Shown here piece by piece: positions 26,282-38,247 of a DNA stretch of 64,000 nucleotides (position 1 is its first letter; each line of letters starts with the position of its first letter). The stretch is from Pseudogymnoascus verrucosus (taxonomy: Eukaryota). The notes beneath the pieces are model-generated. The model searched no databases. It was given only the letters and a program-made list of their open reading frames with translations, and was not told the DNA's origin. The stretch is taken from the NCBI GenBank assembly GCA_001662655.1, contig KV460238.1; one strand, 5' to 3'. Both the position numbers and the translations under genes were made by a program.

Positions 26282-27715
26282 ATGTCCGTCCACGCCTCCC
26301 GCGCCGACCTAATCGACCTCGACTCCATCCCCACCACCCACGCCTCCACCCAAGCCACCGCCTTCCTCAGCCAACTCGACCGCAAAAAACGCGCCGCCGC
26401 CACCATCGTCCCCACCTCCGACACCGCCGTGCGCGCCGCCCTGCGCGCCATCTCCGAGCCCATAACACTCTATGGCGAAGGCCCCGGCGACCGCCGCGAT
26501 CGCCTGCGCGAACTCTTGGCTGAGCGCGAAGAGGTGGAGGCCGAGGATGAGGATACGGCTATGGGCGAGGCGGAGGCGGATGCGGATGTGGAGGAGGAGT
26601 TTTATACAGCTGGGAGTGATGGGTTGCTTGAGGCGAGGAGGGAGATAGCGAGGTTTAGTCTGCCGAGGGCGAAGGCGAGGGTGGATGCTCAGAAGTTGGA
26701 GGCGAAAATCCCACTACGCACACATGTTACGTTTCGCAAGGCTTTGCGCGCGAAGCTGGCGCCGTTTGAGTTGCAGGGGAGTCAGATTGCGGGGGAGCGA
26801 CCGGTAGGGATTGTGAGGTTTGCGCCGGATGGGGGGTCGGTCGCGGCGGGGGGGTGGGGTGGGAGTATTAAGGTCCTTGAGGTGCCGACGTTGGAGGCGA
26901 AGAGGACGTTGAGGGGACATACTGATCGGGTGGGGGGGATTGCGTGGGCGCCTCAGGGAGGGGAGGTGGAGTTGGCGTCGGGGGGTGGGGAGGGGAATGT
27001 GCATCTTTGGGGACGGGAGGGGGAGACTCCGTTGGCGACGTTGGGGGGGCATAATCAGCGCGTGTGTCGCGTGGAGTTCCACCCCTCGGGGAGATATCTG
27101 GCATCTGCGTCGGAGGATACGACGTGGCGCCTTTGGGATATTGAGACGAGGGATGAACTGCTGCTGCAGGAGGGACACTCGAGGGGTGTGTTTGCGGTGG
27201 CGTTTAATACGGATGGCTCGCTACTTGCTAGTGGGGGGACGGATAGTATGGGCCGCATTTGGGATTTGAGGACGGGGCGCACGGTGATGATTTTGGATGG
27301 ACATATTAAGCCTGTCTACGCGCTGGATTGGGGGGTGGATGGACATCGTGTGCTCAGTGGTTCGGGGGATGGATGGGTGAAGTGCTGGGATATTAGGAAG
27401 GTCGCCTGTGTTGGGGGTGTAGGCGCGCATAAATCTGTGGTATCCGATTTGAGGTGGTATAAGGGAGATGGAATGGCGAGGAGTGGGGAGTCAGGGGAGG
27501 AGCCGAAGAAGGGGGGGACCTTCTTTGCGAGCGCGGGGTTCGATAAGAGGATTAATGTGTTCTCGGCGGATGACTGGGGGATGGTGTGTAGTCTGAGCGG
27601 ACATACGGGGAATGTGCATAGTGTGGATGTTAGCAAGGATGCGAGGTGGATTGTTAGTGGAGGGTATGATCGGACGGTCAAGATCTGGGGGAGGAATGAT
27701 GGAGAGGGATTATAG
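26282..27715 (+). CDS. PRP4: U4/U6 snRNP WD40 protein Prp4
   Basis: SFM motif (VRAALRAISEPITLYGEGPGDRRDRLR), EEEFYT, seven WD repeats (LLQEGHSRGV, WDLRTGRTVMILDGH). Confidence 0.95.
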   Translation: MSVHASRADLIDLDSIPTTHASTQATAFLSQLDRKKRAAATIVPTSDTAVRAALRAISEPITLYGEGPGDRRDRLRELLAEREEVEAEDEDTAMGEAEADADVEEEFYTAGSDGLLEARREIARFSLPRAKARVDAQKLEAKIPLRTHVTFRKALRAKLAPFELQGSQIAGERPVGIVRFAPDGGSVAAGGWGGSIKVLEVPTLEAKRTLRGHTDRVGGIAWAPQGGEVELASGGGEGNVHLWGREGETPLATLGGHNQRVCRVEFHPSGRYLASASEDTTWRLWDIETRDELLLQEGHSRGVFAVAFNTDGSLLASGGTDSMGRIWDLRTGRTVMILDGHIKPVYALDWGVDGHRVLSGSGDGWVKCWDIRKVACVGGVGAHKSVVSDLRWYKGDGMARSGESGEEPKKGGTFFASAGFDKRINVFSADDWGMVCSLSGHTGNVHSVDVSKDARWIVSGGYDRTVKIWGRNDGEGL

Positions 27716-27984
27716 GGAGGACGAGATGCTGATGGCGTTTGGTACGGTGCTTTCTAGCGGTTTGCATGTTCGATGGGAGTGTAGGATAGTAGAACTCGGA
27801 AATGCTGAGATTAACAAGAATGTATTGAAAGGTCAAACTATATCAATTTATAGACACTCAGCTTGGTTCTGTCGATGATAAATACAGTCCAATATGGGCC
27901 AAAAATACAATCCCATCTCATAACCCTGCTTTTCGCCTTCGACTTTGACAATATTATAACTCGATTCCACCCCCCTAACAAAAT

Positions 27985-28808
27985 CTACGCCGCCTTCTCC
28001 CTCGCCTTAGCCGTCGCAACCAAATCTGGCATCGAATCCATCGTAAACGACAGCGGGAGTAACTATCACCGCATCAGCACTTCACTCTACTCAACATACT
28101 GCGCCAGTGGAATCAACTGCCCACAAGTCAGCACCACCGACCCTGCATCGGCGGGCAGGGTGCCCGTGTGGTAAGAGACTGCAACAGGGTTTTAATCGCC
28201 AGGAAAAGAAACGTAAACTCACCTGCTCCACAGTCAAGACATGGAAATTCCCCACCTTGTCAAACATATACACCGGCATCGATGCGTCGCAGAACTCCTT
28301 AATACTACCCCTCAGTCAGCACACCCCCCTCCTCTCCAACAAACAGAAAAACGAAAACTCACAACTGCCTACACATCCCACACGGACTAATCACCCCCAC
28401 TGCATCACTCGTAACCGCCAACGCCCTAAACGTCCCCTTCTTCCACCCCCCCTTAAACTCCGCCACCCCCGCCCTCTCCTCCCTCTCCACCTCCCCCACC
28501 TCCACCTTCGCCCTCTTATTTTGCCCATGATCCAACAAACTCATGATCGCAGACCCCAGCGCAACGCGCTCAGCGCAGGTCCCAACGGGGTACGACGCAT
28601 TCTCGATGTTCGCACCGGAGACCTCAGTGCCGTCTGAGAGCAGCACGGCGGCGCCGACGCGGAAGCGCGAGTAGGGCGCGTAGGCGGCGGAGCGAGCGGA
28701 GGAGGCGAGGAAGGAGAGGGAGGAGAGGGCGGAGGGGGCGAGCGAGTGGGCGGCGGCGGAGGCGGGGAGGGCGGTGGGTGGGTGGAGGGGGATAGCGGTT
28801 GTGGACAT
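27985..28808 (-). CDS. CDD1: Cytidine deaminase; exons 28808-28363, 28304-28223, 28062-27985
   Basis: AYAPYSRFRVGAA, GANIENASY, CAERVA, SPCGMCRQFIKEF, LLPLSF. Confidence 0.92.
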
Positions 28809-29569
28809 TGTGGTGGGTTTTGTGGTTGGGTTGTTTGGGGGAGTATGTTTTGGGAATAGTTGCTGGAGAAATTTACGTTGGAGGAGAAAGGAGGAGGAAG
28901 ATATAGGGTTCTTGTGCGGGGTTTATTGTTTGGAGAAGCTCTTGGTGGGGTGACGGCGGCCGATAAGGTGGGCTGATAAGGAAGGTGCTTGTGGAGTTTC
29001 TGCCGCCGATGGCATGTTGACTGGTGCGGGTTTAAACTCGATTCGGCAACGGCGAGAGAGAGTAGCGCCGCTAGGGCTTAAAAATCACTGTTTTCGATAA
29101 GTATGCCTACTATCAATAAGTGTGTACGTAGTCTTTTAAATGCTATTTTTAACGCTAAATATTCATGTTAGCGCTAGTGTAGCTACCCTAGGGGTTGGCC
29201 TATTTTTCGACATAATTAATGCCCGAGGTATTTCACTCAGCCACAATCGGAGCGCCTTAGGTGTAGCCGGGAACATCGTACTTCCAAGCTCCGCGACGAA
29301 AAGCCATTCTTGAATCTCGCATAGCGTCACTCGTCAGTCGTAAATATCATCAGTAAGGCAAATCGTGCGACTTCGTCTGCCTAAAATCATGGGCAGATGG
29401 AAGGTAGAAGTTGTTGCTTAATCGTGTAGCTGCAAGGCCGGGCCTTGGGATGCAGGTGAGCTCGCCTCGCACCTCGAGTTGGCTCTCTCGCCTTCTCACA
29501 GAAGGCATTAATTGGCATCTGTCTGCCTGCCACAGCTGAGGCAGACGTTTTGTAACCTATTCATTTCAA

Positions 29570-30820
29570 GTTAGTCACTCAAAGTACCACATGAGAATGA
29601 AAGGCCTAGACCAACTTTATCTTTATCCTTGTTGTCATAGCCTGATTGGTTGGTATGGGTGTGATGTGAGCAAGCGATTCTCTGCCTCAACCATGCCTAA
29701 CTGCTAGATTTTGAGAGGTAGGCTTAGTTTTGAGAATCTTGAGGCTTTTGTTAAGCCAGCCGCATTTCCTCTTCTGATATCATCTAAATGGCTTTGTCAG
29801 CTGACAATGTCTTAATATCCATTCCGTGCCAAATTTGAATAGTCGTTCCAAATTTATCACTAGGCAGGGTTTAGAGGAGATCTAGGATGAATTTGTTGTC
29901 CTCTGTCTCTTGAACATAAGTATTTTTGATAGCTATTTAGGCACGTTGCCACGCGGCTCTGTATTGGTGTGCCGCCCCTATTCCAGTGTCTGAATATTAC
30001 AGGGCTCTTTGCTCTCTTTACAGGTTGATGTATTGTCGTTTGCCCGTCGTTGTTAGGGCCTTTTTCAAATCCTGCTAGAGGCTTACCCTGTCCTTGAATT
30101 GGCCTAGAGCCAATAGCTCTTTAACCTCGGCTGAGAGTACAGGATATATCAAATCTCCTATATCTCTCTTTTGCCTTTTTGTGATTTGGTGTATTGTTTC
30201 AGTTTCGTCGTCGTCGTCTTCGTTGCCCAGGAACTGCCAAAGATTGCGTGCACGGAACAGAATACCCATACGAATACACCATTCGGCATAATTCTTTTTC
30301 GTGAGCTTTGGTACTGTATTTGGTGTATTCGCCATCAAAACTCCTTTCGTATCTGTCATATTAATGATGGCAATTGATATTTGAGCGGATGGTGCTCAAA
30401 TACTACTCAAATCTGGCCAGTGATGCGGCTAATATTCAAATGTGAGAACGGCTGTTGATTTAGCCAGTACTCTAAAATATGAGAGTAGGTCGATGATTTA
30501 GCCAATACTCCGATGGGAGCTGGTCGATGATTTGGCCAATACTCAATATGATTCAACAAATTTGTGGCAGATGTTAAAGCATCCGGCCTCATAACTGTAG
30601 AAATAGATATATAAGACTGTCGAATAGACAGAATGAACCAAACTAAACGAATGAATTAATTGAATATCTAGACTATAGAGCAGGTCCCTAATATATATGA
30701 GACCTGAAACGAGTGTAGTTTAGGATGTGTCTGTAACGAGTGATCAAACGAGTTAGACAGTGCTCAAACGAGTGTGTCGCAGAATAGCAACTCAACCCAA
30801 TATATCCAACTGTTCGTACA
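29570..30820 (-). mobile_element. Truncated Ty1/copia retrotransposon: 5' LTR ~30820-30596, PBS-like site, decayed gag
   Basis: Candidate LTR bounded TGTA...TACA and followed by GTTATGAGGCC (fungal copia PBS-like). The gag N-terminus VPKLTKKNYAEWCIRMGILFRARNLW continues past 30075 through several TAG/TAA stops. No pol seen. Confidence 0.7.
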
Positions 30821-31543
30821 TGTCTCTATCGTGTGTTTCTAGGTCACCTGACACACCCAGCCATCTTCCGAGAAGCTCTTCTCTTCCGTCCCTAAAGGCA
30901 GTGAGTGTCAATCGCAATAAATCCGTTCATTTTACGGAGTACGGAGTACTCGCTATTTCCTCTCTGGTATTTATCCAGAGTTACGGAGTACAGAGTACAG
31001 AGTACAGAATAGCCAGAATAGCGAATGTGCTCACCCTGCCCCCAAAAGCCTGCCTAAGCCACACCCAACCACCCCATTCACGCTGCTCCAGCCAGCCTCG
31101 CGCATTCCGCGTCAGCATGACAACAATGGAAGGAGATGGCGGGGGACATATATGGTAGGGCTGCAGGTTTAGGGTTAATTTAGAGGAGAGCATAACCTCC
31201 TAGCTGCATCACGAACCCTATGTGACATCCTGCGATCTCATATTTTCTAGGAGCCTGCCCTACCCTATCACATTTACTAACCCTGACACTTAGAGATGTA
31301 GAAAAAGCTGAGTGACCTTGAAGTATAGAAGATTTAAAGCTGCTTAGAGTCAAAGTGGTTGAATGAAGCTTTAAGAATCTTGTCTTGAGACGTCGGCTTA
31401 GCCCTGCACTGCCACCACATAGTTCTACAGTAACTAAAGATTAATGAAAGCCAGATCTAGAAACCTCGTAACACTTCTCGTTGAGCGCCGAGTGGCTAGA
31501 AGCTCTTCTTGCATATTCTAACTACAGTTCTACCATCCAGGCC

Positions 31544-33168
31544 TCACATTTTCAAACCCACACGCACCGACTTAATGCCATCGCGACGCCTCACAATAAC
31601 CTCAGGATCACGTCGCATCGCAGGGAGTCCCAACATAGTCTCCTTCCGCTTCGGCACAACCCCCTTTCCAAGCGCATCTCCATCCCCAGGCACCATCTCG
31701 AAACTCAGCAGAGCCTTTACCACCAGCGAAAGCGTGATGTTCAGACCGAGATACCGACCAGGACACTGGTGCATACCTGGAAAACCGAAAACATTAAGGT
31801 GCTTAACGAGATCTGCGTCAACGTCACCGTTGTCTTTCAGGAACCGGCTAGGACGGAATGCGTCGACGTCCGCACCCCATGTATCGAGGGCGAAGTTGTG
31901 CAGGTGGATGGGAGTCATGATGATGGATCCCTTCTTGATCTGGTATTTGGCCTCGAAGATGCTGTCTTCATACACGTATCGTGCCACTGGAGAATCTCCG
32001 TAGACGCGGAGAAGCTCGTACCAGGTTCCTAGGAGCAGTGGGCATGAGCTTCGGACTCTATCCATGTCGATGACAAGACTTTTCGTATCTTGGGTATGAT
32101 GGGGATGGTCGACCGCAGCGTTGAGTTCGGAAACAAGGCTCGCCATCAGCTCCGAATCAGCCACGATGTGGCAGATTGCCCAGGTGATGATGTTGATGAC
32201 GTTTGACATCAGTCCCACGATAGCCACGAGATGGCAATCAGTGAAGCCCTCTTGCGGGAGCTCGAGCGTCTCATAGAGAACAGAAAGTCGTTTGAAAAGG
32301 GTAGGCTCCTGAATCTCGTCACCGTAGGCCTCATCTTCCGCTGCCTTGTCGAGCTTCTTGCGCACATATTCCCGTGCTGAGAAGAGCTCCCTTGGAACGA
32401 GGAATGAAATGGGATTTCGCAAAGTCTCCAAGTTCTGAATGAAGACTCTCAGATGCTCCCGAAAAAGTGCATCTTCGAAAGGTCCTTCTTCGCCCCAGAA
32501 CACCGCGCCCATAGAGTACGAAAGCAGGTCAAAGAGCCAGCTTCCCAGTCCAACTCTGACCGGATCTCGGCCTTTGATAGTTTTATCCCAATGCCCCCCA
32601 GCTTTCAGCTCTAACTGCGCAGCATTTCTCCGAAGATTCTGCAGGCTCCTGAGCTCCTCGTTGAACAGCTTGGATAAAGCTCGCTTGAAAGCACCTGAAT
32701 CGGGATCCAAGAGGAACTGCTCGCTAGCAGGTACAAGACCCATGCATGGCCCAACAGCAACGCGAAATACGGTCATCAGGCTCAGGTGACGCATGCCTGT
32801 GAACTGCTTGATGCTTGGTGCATCAAGGGGGTGAATAAAATGCATGTCCTGTCCAGGAAGCTTAAGGGTTGATATTGGTGTGCGCTGAGCCGCACTAGGC
32901 AACGTTGCGTGTAAGTCATGTGCACGTTTACTGGAGAGACCAGTTAAGAGAGGGAGAATACACACCATAGTGAAGATATATACAAGCTAGAGCCCCTGGA
33001 TGCAATGCCTATAAGATGCCCGATAAAGGGGATGCGAGAACGGAAAACAGGCGGCTCGGAAATCTTATCACTTGCTGTTGACGTTGGCGAATGCCAGAAT
33101 ACAAATACCCTATAGAGAAACCATGTGACCAGCAAATAGCATGCAAGAGTGGGTATTTGAATCGCCAT
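31544..33168 (-). CDS. Cytochrome P450 (CYP7-like group); intron 32965-32895
   Basis: N-terminal TM anchor, IPFIGHLIG, ExxR (ELLR), FRPSRF, heme motif FGFPGMHQCPGR. Confidence 0.85.
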
Positions 33169-33859
33169 GAGCACGCAAGTGAAAGTAGTGTGATGATGAT
33201 TCTCCTGCACCTAGTAAATGTCCAAGACGGTCGCAGGTAGAGATGCTAAGGGGAGTTAGGCACAAAATGTAAACCGAAAACAAGGTGCGAGTGCGACCAG
33301 AGATTAATTTTTAGTATAACGATGAAGTCACAAATACTGTTAAATTTTCAGACCATAGATGCGGACTATAGAAGCTCGATAACGTCCGTGTGTTAATTGT
33401 TAAGCACCTCGTAGCGAGTATTATCCCCCGCTATATAACCAAAGAGAGAGAGGCCTAGGCTAGTGTTAATCTTGGCCAATGCAACAAAGTGTGCTAGGGA
33501 AACAAACGTGGACGATGAGCCGCCGCGAGTTGGAGTGGCGAAGAACATGGCTTCTGCTGCTTCCATGCCGTAATGGCTAGAATCTCGTCCCACAAGGGAA
33601 TAATAGGAACAACACTCGCTAGCAGGCTAAATCGCCCCGCATCGCCTCCCCTATGGCTGTGTCCACATGGAATACAGTATAGCGACAAAAGGATTTGTAC
33701 AGGTCTGTGCTTAACACACAAAAATGGCTACTACTTTATTAAACGCAAATACGTACATAATTGCAATTATGTATATAGGTATAATAGAATACTAGAATAG
33801 CTTTAATAATATTATATATTTATAATAGCTTAAGGCTCTTATTTAAGTATATAAGTATA

Positions 33860-35922
33860 TGTTCCGGCCCAACCACGAATAAGTGGTATTCGCGAATACG
33901 CTGGCCCATTCGCGAATGGGCCGGCCCAACCACGAATATGTTCCTTCGCGAATAGGCCAACTACAAATAGTAGAAGAGTATAGCAAATTGAATAAATTAA
34001 TAATCTAACCACTATTGCCAATAGTGTCTGCTCTTGCCCGCTTCCGCTTTGGCTTTTCTACTAAAGCTAATTCCGTACGAGTAGCTAGGCCTGATAAGTT
34101 GCCACAGTTATAATCATCATTATAACAGTGAACACTACACTACTTAACCTCCTTATAACAGCAGCACCTCTTTGTACTACACTGCCCTTTGCATTGACAT
34201 GATATTCCTACCCGTACACTTGTAGAAGCCTCTCTAGCTGCAAGCCCTAATCCTACCTGCTTTGTAGAATCAGGAATTTGAATATCAGACCATAGAGCCT
34301 GCTCTACAACACTAAGTGATTTTGTAGGTATAAGGCGTTGTATAATACCAGAGGCTGTTATAACCTGATACCAGTGTAGGTAAGGCTCTTTTAAAATGCG
34401 TGCAAAGAGCCTCTTATTATCAGTTAAGGTTCTATCCTCCCGTAGAACCTTTATAGAGACTATATCCCCTACTTTAAAGTGCTGTATGTCATGCTTCTTA
34501 GTGTACTTGCGTACCATAGAAACCCGTGCTCTTTGAGTAGCTGCTATAGCCTGCTCAATTATAGGGTCAGGTGTAGCTCGAAGCTCAGTCCTAGGCTGAG
34601 CTGGCACCCGAGCCCGGGTCCCACGACGGAGCTCAGAATGAAGCTGCTCTTGCGCTTGCTCAGAATTGAGCGAGGGCACCAGCTCAGAATTGATCGAGGG
34701 CGCTACCTCAGAATTGATCGAGGGTGCCAGCTCAGAATTGAGCGAGAGCAGTAGCTCAGAATTGATCGAGAGCAGTAGCTCAGAATTGATCGAGGGCGCC
34801 AGCTCAGAATTGATTGAGAGCTCTCGCTCTTGCTGAAGCTGTAGGTCAATTTGAGCTTCAGGCTCAAGCTGGCTCTCAAAAATTGGTCCCATATTAGGGT
34901 CCTCCTGCTCAACTCCAATTGAGAGATCCTTCCGGGCCTGGCTATTAAGCCAGTCAATATGAGAGTTCCTGTCTCGGAACAGTAGCTCGGCTGGTGCGCA
35001 CCCAATTGTAGAGTGGATTTGGGTGTTCATTGCAAGCGTGACCTCAAGTAGCCCATCATTCCACTCTGTAGACCCATGGTCCATTTTCTATGCTCGGAGC
35101 TTTGCTTCTACAATTCCATTTGCCTGCTTAACTAGGCCTTGCGTTTGAGGTGACCGTAGTGCTCCATTTACTACTTAAATTCCATACTTTCGTAGTAGGA
35201 TAAGTAGAGCCCCCTTAAATTCCTTCCCATTATCAGCTTACATAATCTTAGGAGGTAAGAAAGCTGCAATAAAGATAGCAAAGCAGTCTGCAATCAGCTT
35301 TGCATGCTTGCTCTTTAATGGATATAGCTGTATATATTTTGAGAAGTGATCCTTTATATGTAGAATCTACTTATATTGTCCTAACGGCTTATGGCGCATA
35401 TCAATTAAGTCAATTTGAACCCTTTCCTATGCTCGGCCTATAGTAATAGGAACTAGAGGAGCTTTTGTAGTAGTAGGTCGATTTAGTGTGCAATTTTTAC
35501 ATCGCTTTACTATAAACTCTGCTTCTTCTCGCTTTAGCCTATAGTATTTCTGTTGTAGAATAGTCTATGTTTTTGTCTAGCCTGTATGTAAGAGCTATAG
35601 ATGTTCATTAACAATAGTGTCAAATGCATCACTCTCTAGAACAACAGATTGTAGGCTCTGGAACTTAGAGTCAGGCTTCCGGTAGAGCTTATTATGTATA
35701 AGCATAAACTCTGTTTGAGCTCTATGCTTTAGTCGTGACTCTACTTGAGTTGTAGGCTTTAGTAGGATCCACTTTAATAGTTAAAGGTTAATGTTATGAT
35801 TCTATCTACAATATCCTATAATACTACCCCGCGTATTAGGCAGCTATTCGTGGTTGGGCCAGCCTATTCGCGAATGGGCCGGCCCATTCGCGAAGGAACA
35901 TATTCGTGGTTGGGCCGGAACA
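33860..35922 (-). mobile_element. Ginger2/TDD-type DNA transposon (integrase-like transposase), RIP-inactivated
   Basis: Imperfect ~78-bp TIRs (33860-33938, 35845-35922) with 22 perfect terminal bp TGTTCCGGCCCAACCACGAATA and TATA on both flanks. Minus-strand HHCC finger, VQIDLID, KDHFSKY, ADNGKEF, SPQTQGLV and a Cys-rich tail, broken by TAG stops. Confidence 0.82.
34657..34824. repeat. 24-bp coding minisatellite (~7 units, SINSELAP/SINSELLL) inside the transposase
   Basis: AGCTCAGAATTGATCGAGGGCGCC and variants in tandem. Confidence 0.9.
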
Positions 35923-37675
35923 TATATAAATCCTTTTGCTACTATACTATATCCCCTTAAGTGTAGTAGGTGTAGTATATAGTATATGTAGTATAGTATA
36001 TAGTATACGTAAATAGTACTCTAACATAGTATACTATACTACCTATACACTAGTATACTGCACTTACAAACATCACCTACTCTACATCTGCTAACCGGGA
36101 TAATTTGAGGGATAGGGGGCGGGCGGACGCAGTGTCTTTCCCTGCTCCGACCCTGCTCCGACACTAGACAAGACACTAGGCAAGCAGTGTTTTCCGTCAT
36201 GTCCGTCCACTTAGCAGGATCCTCATCCTCATCCTCATCCTCATCCGCATCCCCGGCCCGCCTCTCTCGGCCTAGTGGGCCGGCTCACAAACGAGATGTG
36301 CAGGGTCTAAGGATGTGATTGATCGATCAACTTGATGCATCCACTGCACGCGACAGAAGGTACCTCGATGAGGAATGGCGGCGTACTTTGGATGTTGAGG
36401 GCTGTTGGTGTAGTCCCCGCCCGGATGGTGTATGGCTACTGGCCACCATCTACCACTCTACTGAATCCCCTCCCGCTATCCCACATGTGGTAAGACCACG
36501 AGAATGAAACCGTCTGAGGACATGGACATGGCATCGACTGGCATGATGGAGATGGACATCCATCCTAAGTCCGGAATCACTGGATCCGCTGCCCGCCGGG
36601 CCGAACCGTTCTGCGCCAACTCTCTTCCGGGAAGGTCCACTCGCCAGCCTAATAGCTCGATGTTTATCCACTAATCGCTTGATTAACCAATTTATCAGAG
36701 ACCAATCACGCCCTGCCCCTATGCGGTGGATGCATTAGTATGTGTGTGTGCTGCAGTGTGTACTACAGTACGGCGCTAGAAGTATGCGTACAGGTCTGTA
36801 CTTAAATTGCAGTAAACGGGTGTCTTTTTGTATGGGAGAAGCACAGACCTGCACGCATACTTCTGGCGCCCTACTGTATGCAGTGGACTGTAGCCATCCA
36901 CTCACCGCCAAGATCCATCTCTAAGCTCACGGCCATCTCCGCCACGAAACAGACAATGTGGCGACCCTGACGCCGCCATCGACGTTCAGACGAAAGCAGC
37001 GCCGCCACATACACTAATCGCGTCGGGCGGCCCGATCCGACGGTGAAACCTGCGGTGCGGGGGAGGTGTAAAAATAGACATGGACAGGAACGAGATGATG
37101 TATGCGACTTACGTGATCGTTGCGGGGGACAGACCCTACTCCGTACGACTCAAACACACGCCACTCAACACCCGACCCATATAAGCATGACGGGCTCTAG
37201 CACCATGCAAGAAGCCTAACACTACGACCAGCCAGTCTTTTGAGTGCTTCTTCGGCGGCTGTAGCCCACAGCGGTGCCACGCCCCATTCGATTCCCGTCG
37301 GCGCTTTCTTGGCGGCGAGGTTTGCATACAATGGAGCTAGACGCTAAGACTTACGAGAGATCTTGGCTGCAGAGCATCCCAAAGGGATACGGTGACATTT
37401 TGGCTCTCCTCGATTAGTGCTTGGCGTGGGTCGGTTGCCTCACTCCAACGCACTGGTTTTTGGGCCTAAACCCTTCTGCTACTGAGGGTGTTTGCATGCC
37501 CCCTCCAAATAACCTAAATAATACATAGGCTCTGTAGGCATTAATTCAATTGGCCTATATATTCTATATACTGTAGTTACGGCGAGGCCTCCTGACTCCG
37601 TCTGCCGAATAGATACAAGATTCCTATCTCTGCCAGGCTTAAATCTCACGTCTAATCTGGTAACCGAGCGCTAAA

Positions 37676-38050
37676 GTGTCGCTGCTTTTCCCAGATTTCA
37701 GAAAGGAGAAATCGGGAAATTGTAATCTGGCATTAGGGGGCCCAAGTCGAGCGGCATCGATGGATTAATACCACTAAACCACTGATGCCGGATTTCTGTC
37801 AAGCACTTACAGTATTTCGTTTTATGTTAGCGGGCCCGGGCGCTTTAATCACCACATCTTTCGGTTTTCCCAACTTCGCAAAAACAGCCGCCCGTTTCTC
37901 GTTTCCTGGTTCCCTATTTCTGCACTATCCCACAGCATTCTGTTTCTGGTTTCTACATCCTGTACTGTGGGTTTCTGATCCTAGGATTCAGATTTCTATG
38001 CGCACAACACTGTAGACATCATGTTGGCGCATTGCCCCCCAGTTTGGTGT
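37676..38050 (+). repeat. Dispersed non-coding repeat, copy A (3' part)
   Basis: Shares GGCATCGATGGATTAATACCACTAAACCACTGATGCCGGATT and ATGTTAGCGGGCC...CAGCCGCCCGTTTCTCGTT with the other copies. Confidence 0.85.
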
Positions 38051-38247
38051 CCACACACACCTGCTCCTACTGTTCCCTCTTCACTTATCTTCCCTTTCGT
38101 CTTTCCTGTTAAGTTCCCTTGCATCTCACCTCTTAGCTTCCTTTATTTCTAAGAATTCCCTTGATTATTTTGCATTTTTTACACTTTGCTTCTTTACTTG
38201 TGTCTTATTCCCTTAATATCTGAAGTAGAACGCTAGACATAAAGTTC

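Noticed and set aside
31160..31205. TAACCCTAA on the minus strand beside a small hairpin, resembling a telomerase RNA template
   Set aside because: Squeezed between a P450 3' end and a copia LTR; no pseudoknot or CR4/5 element recognisable.
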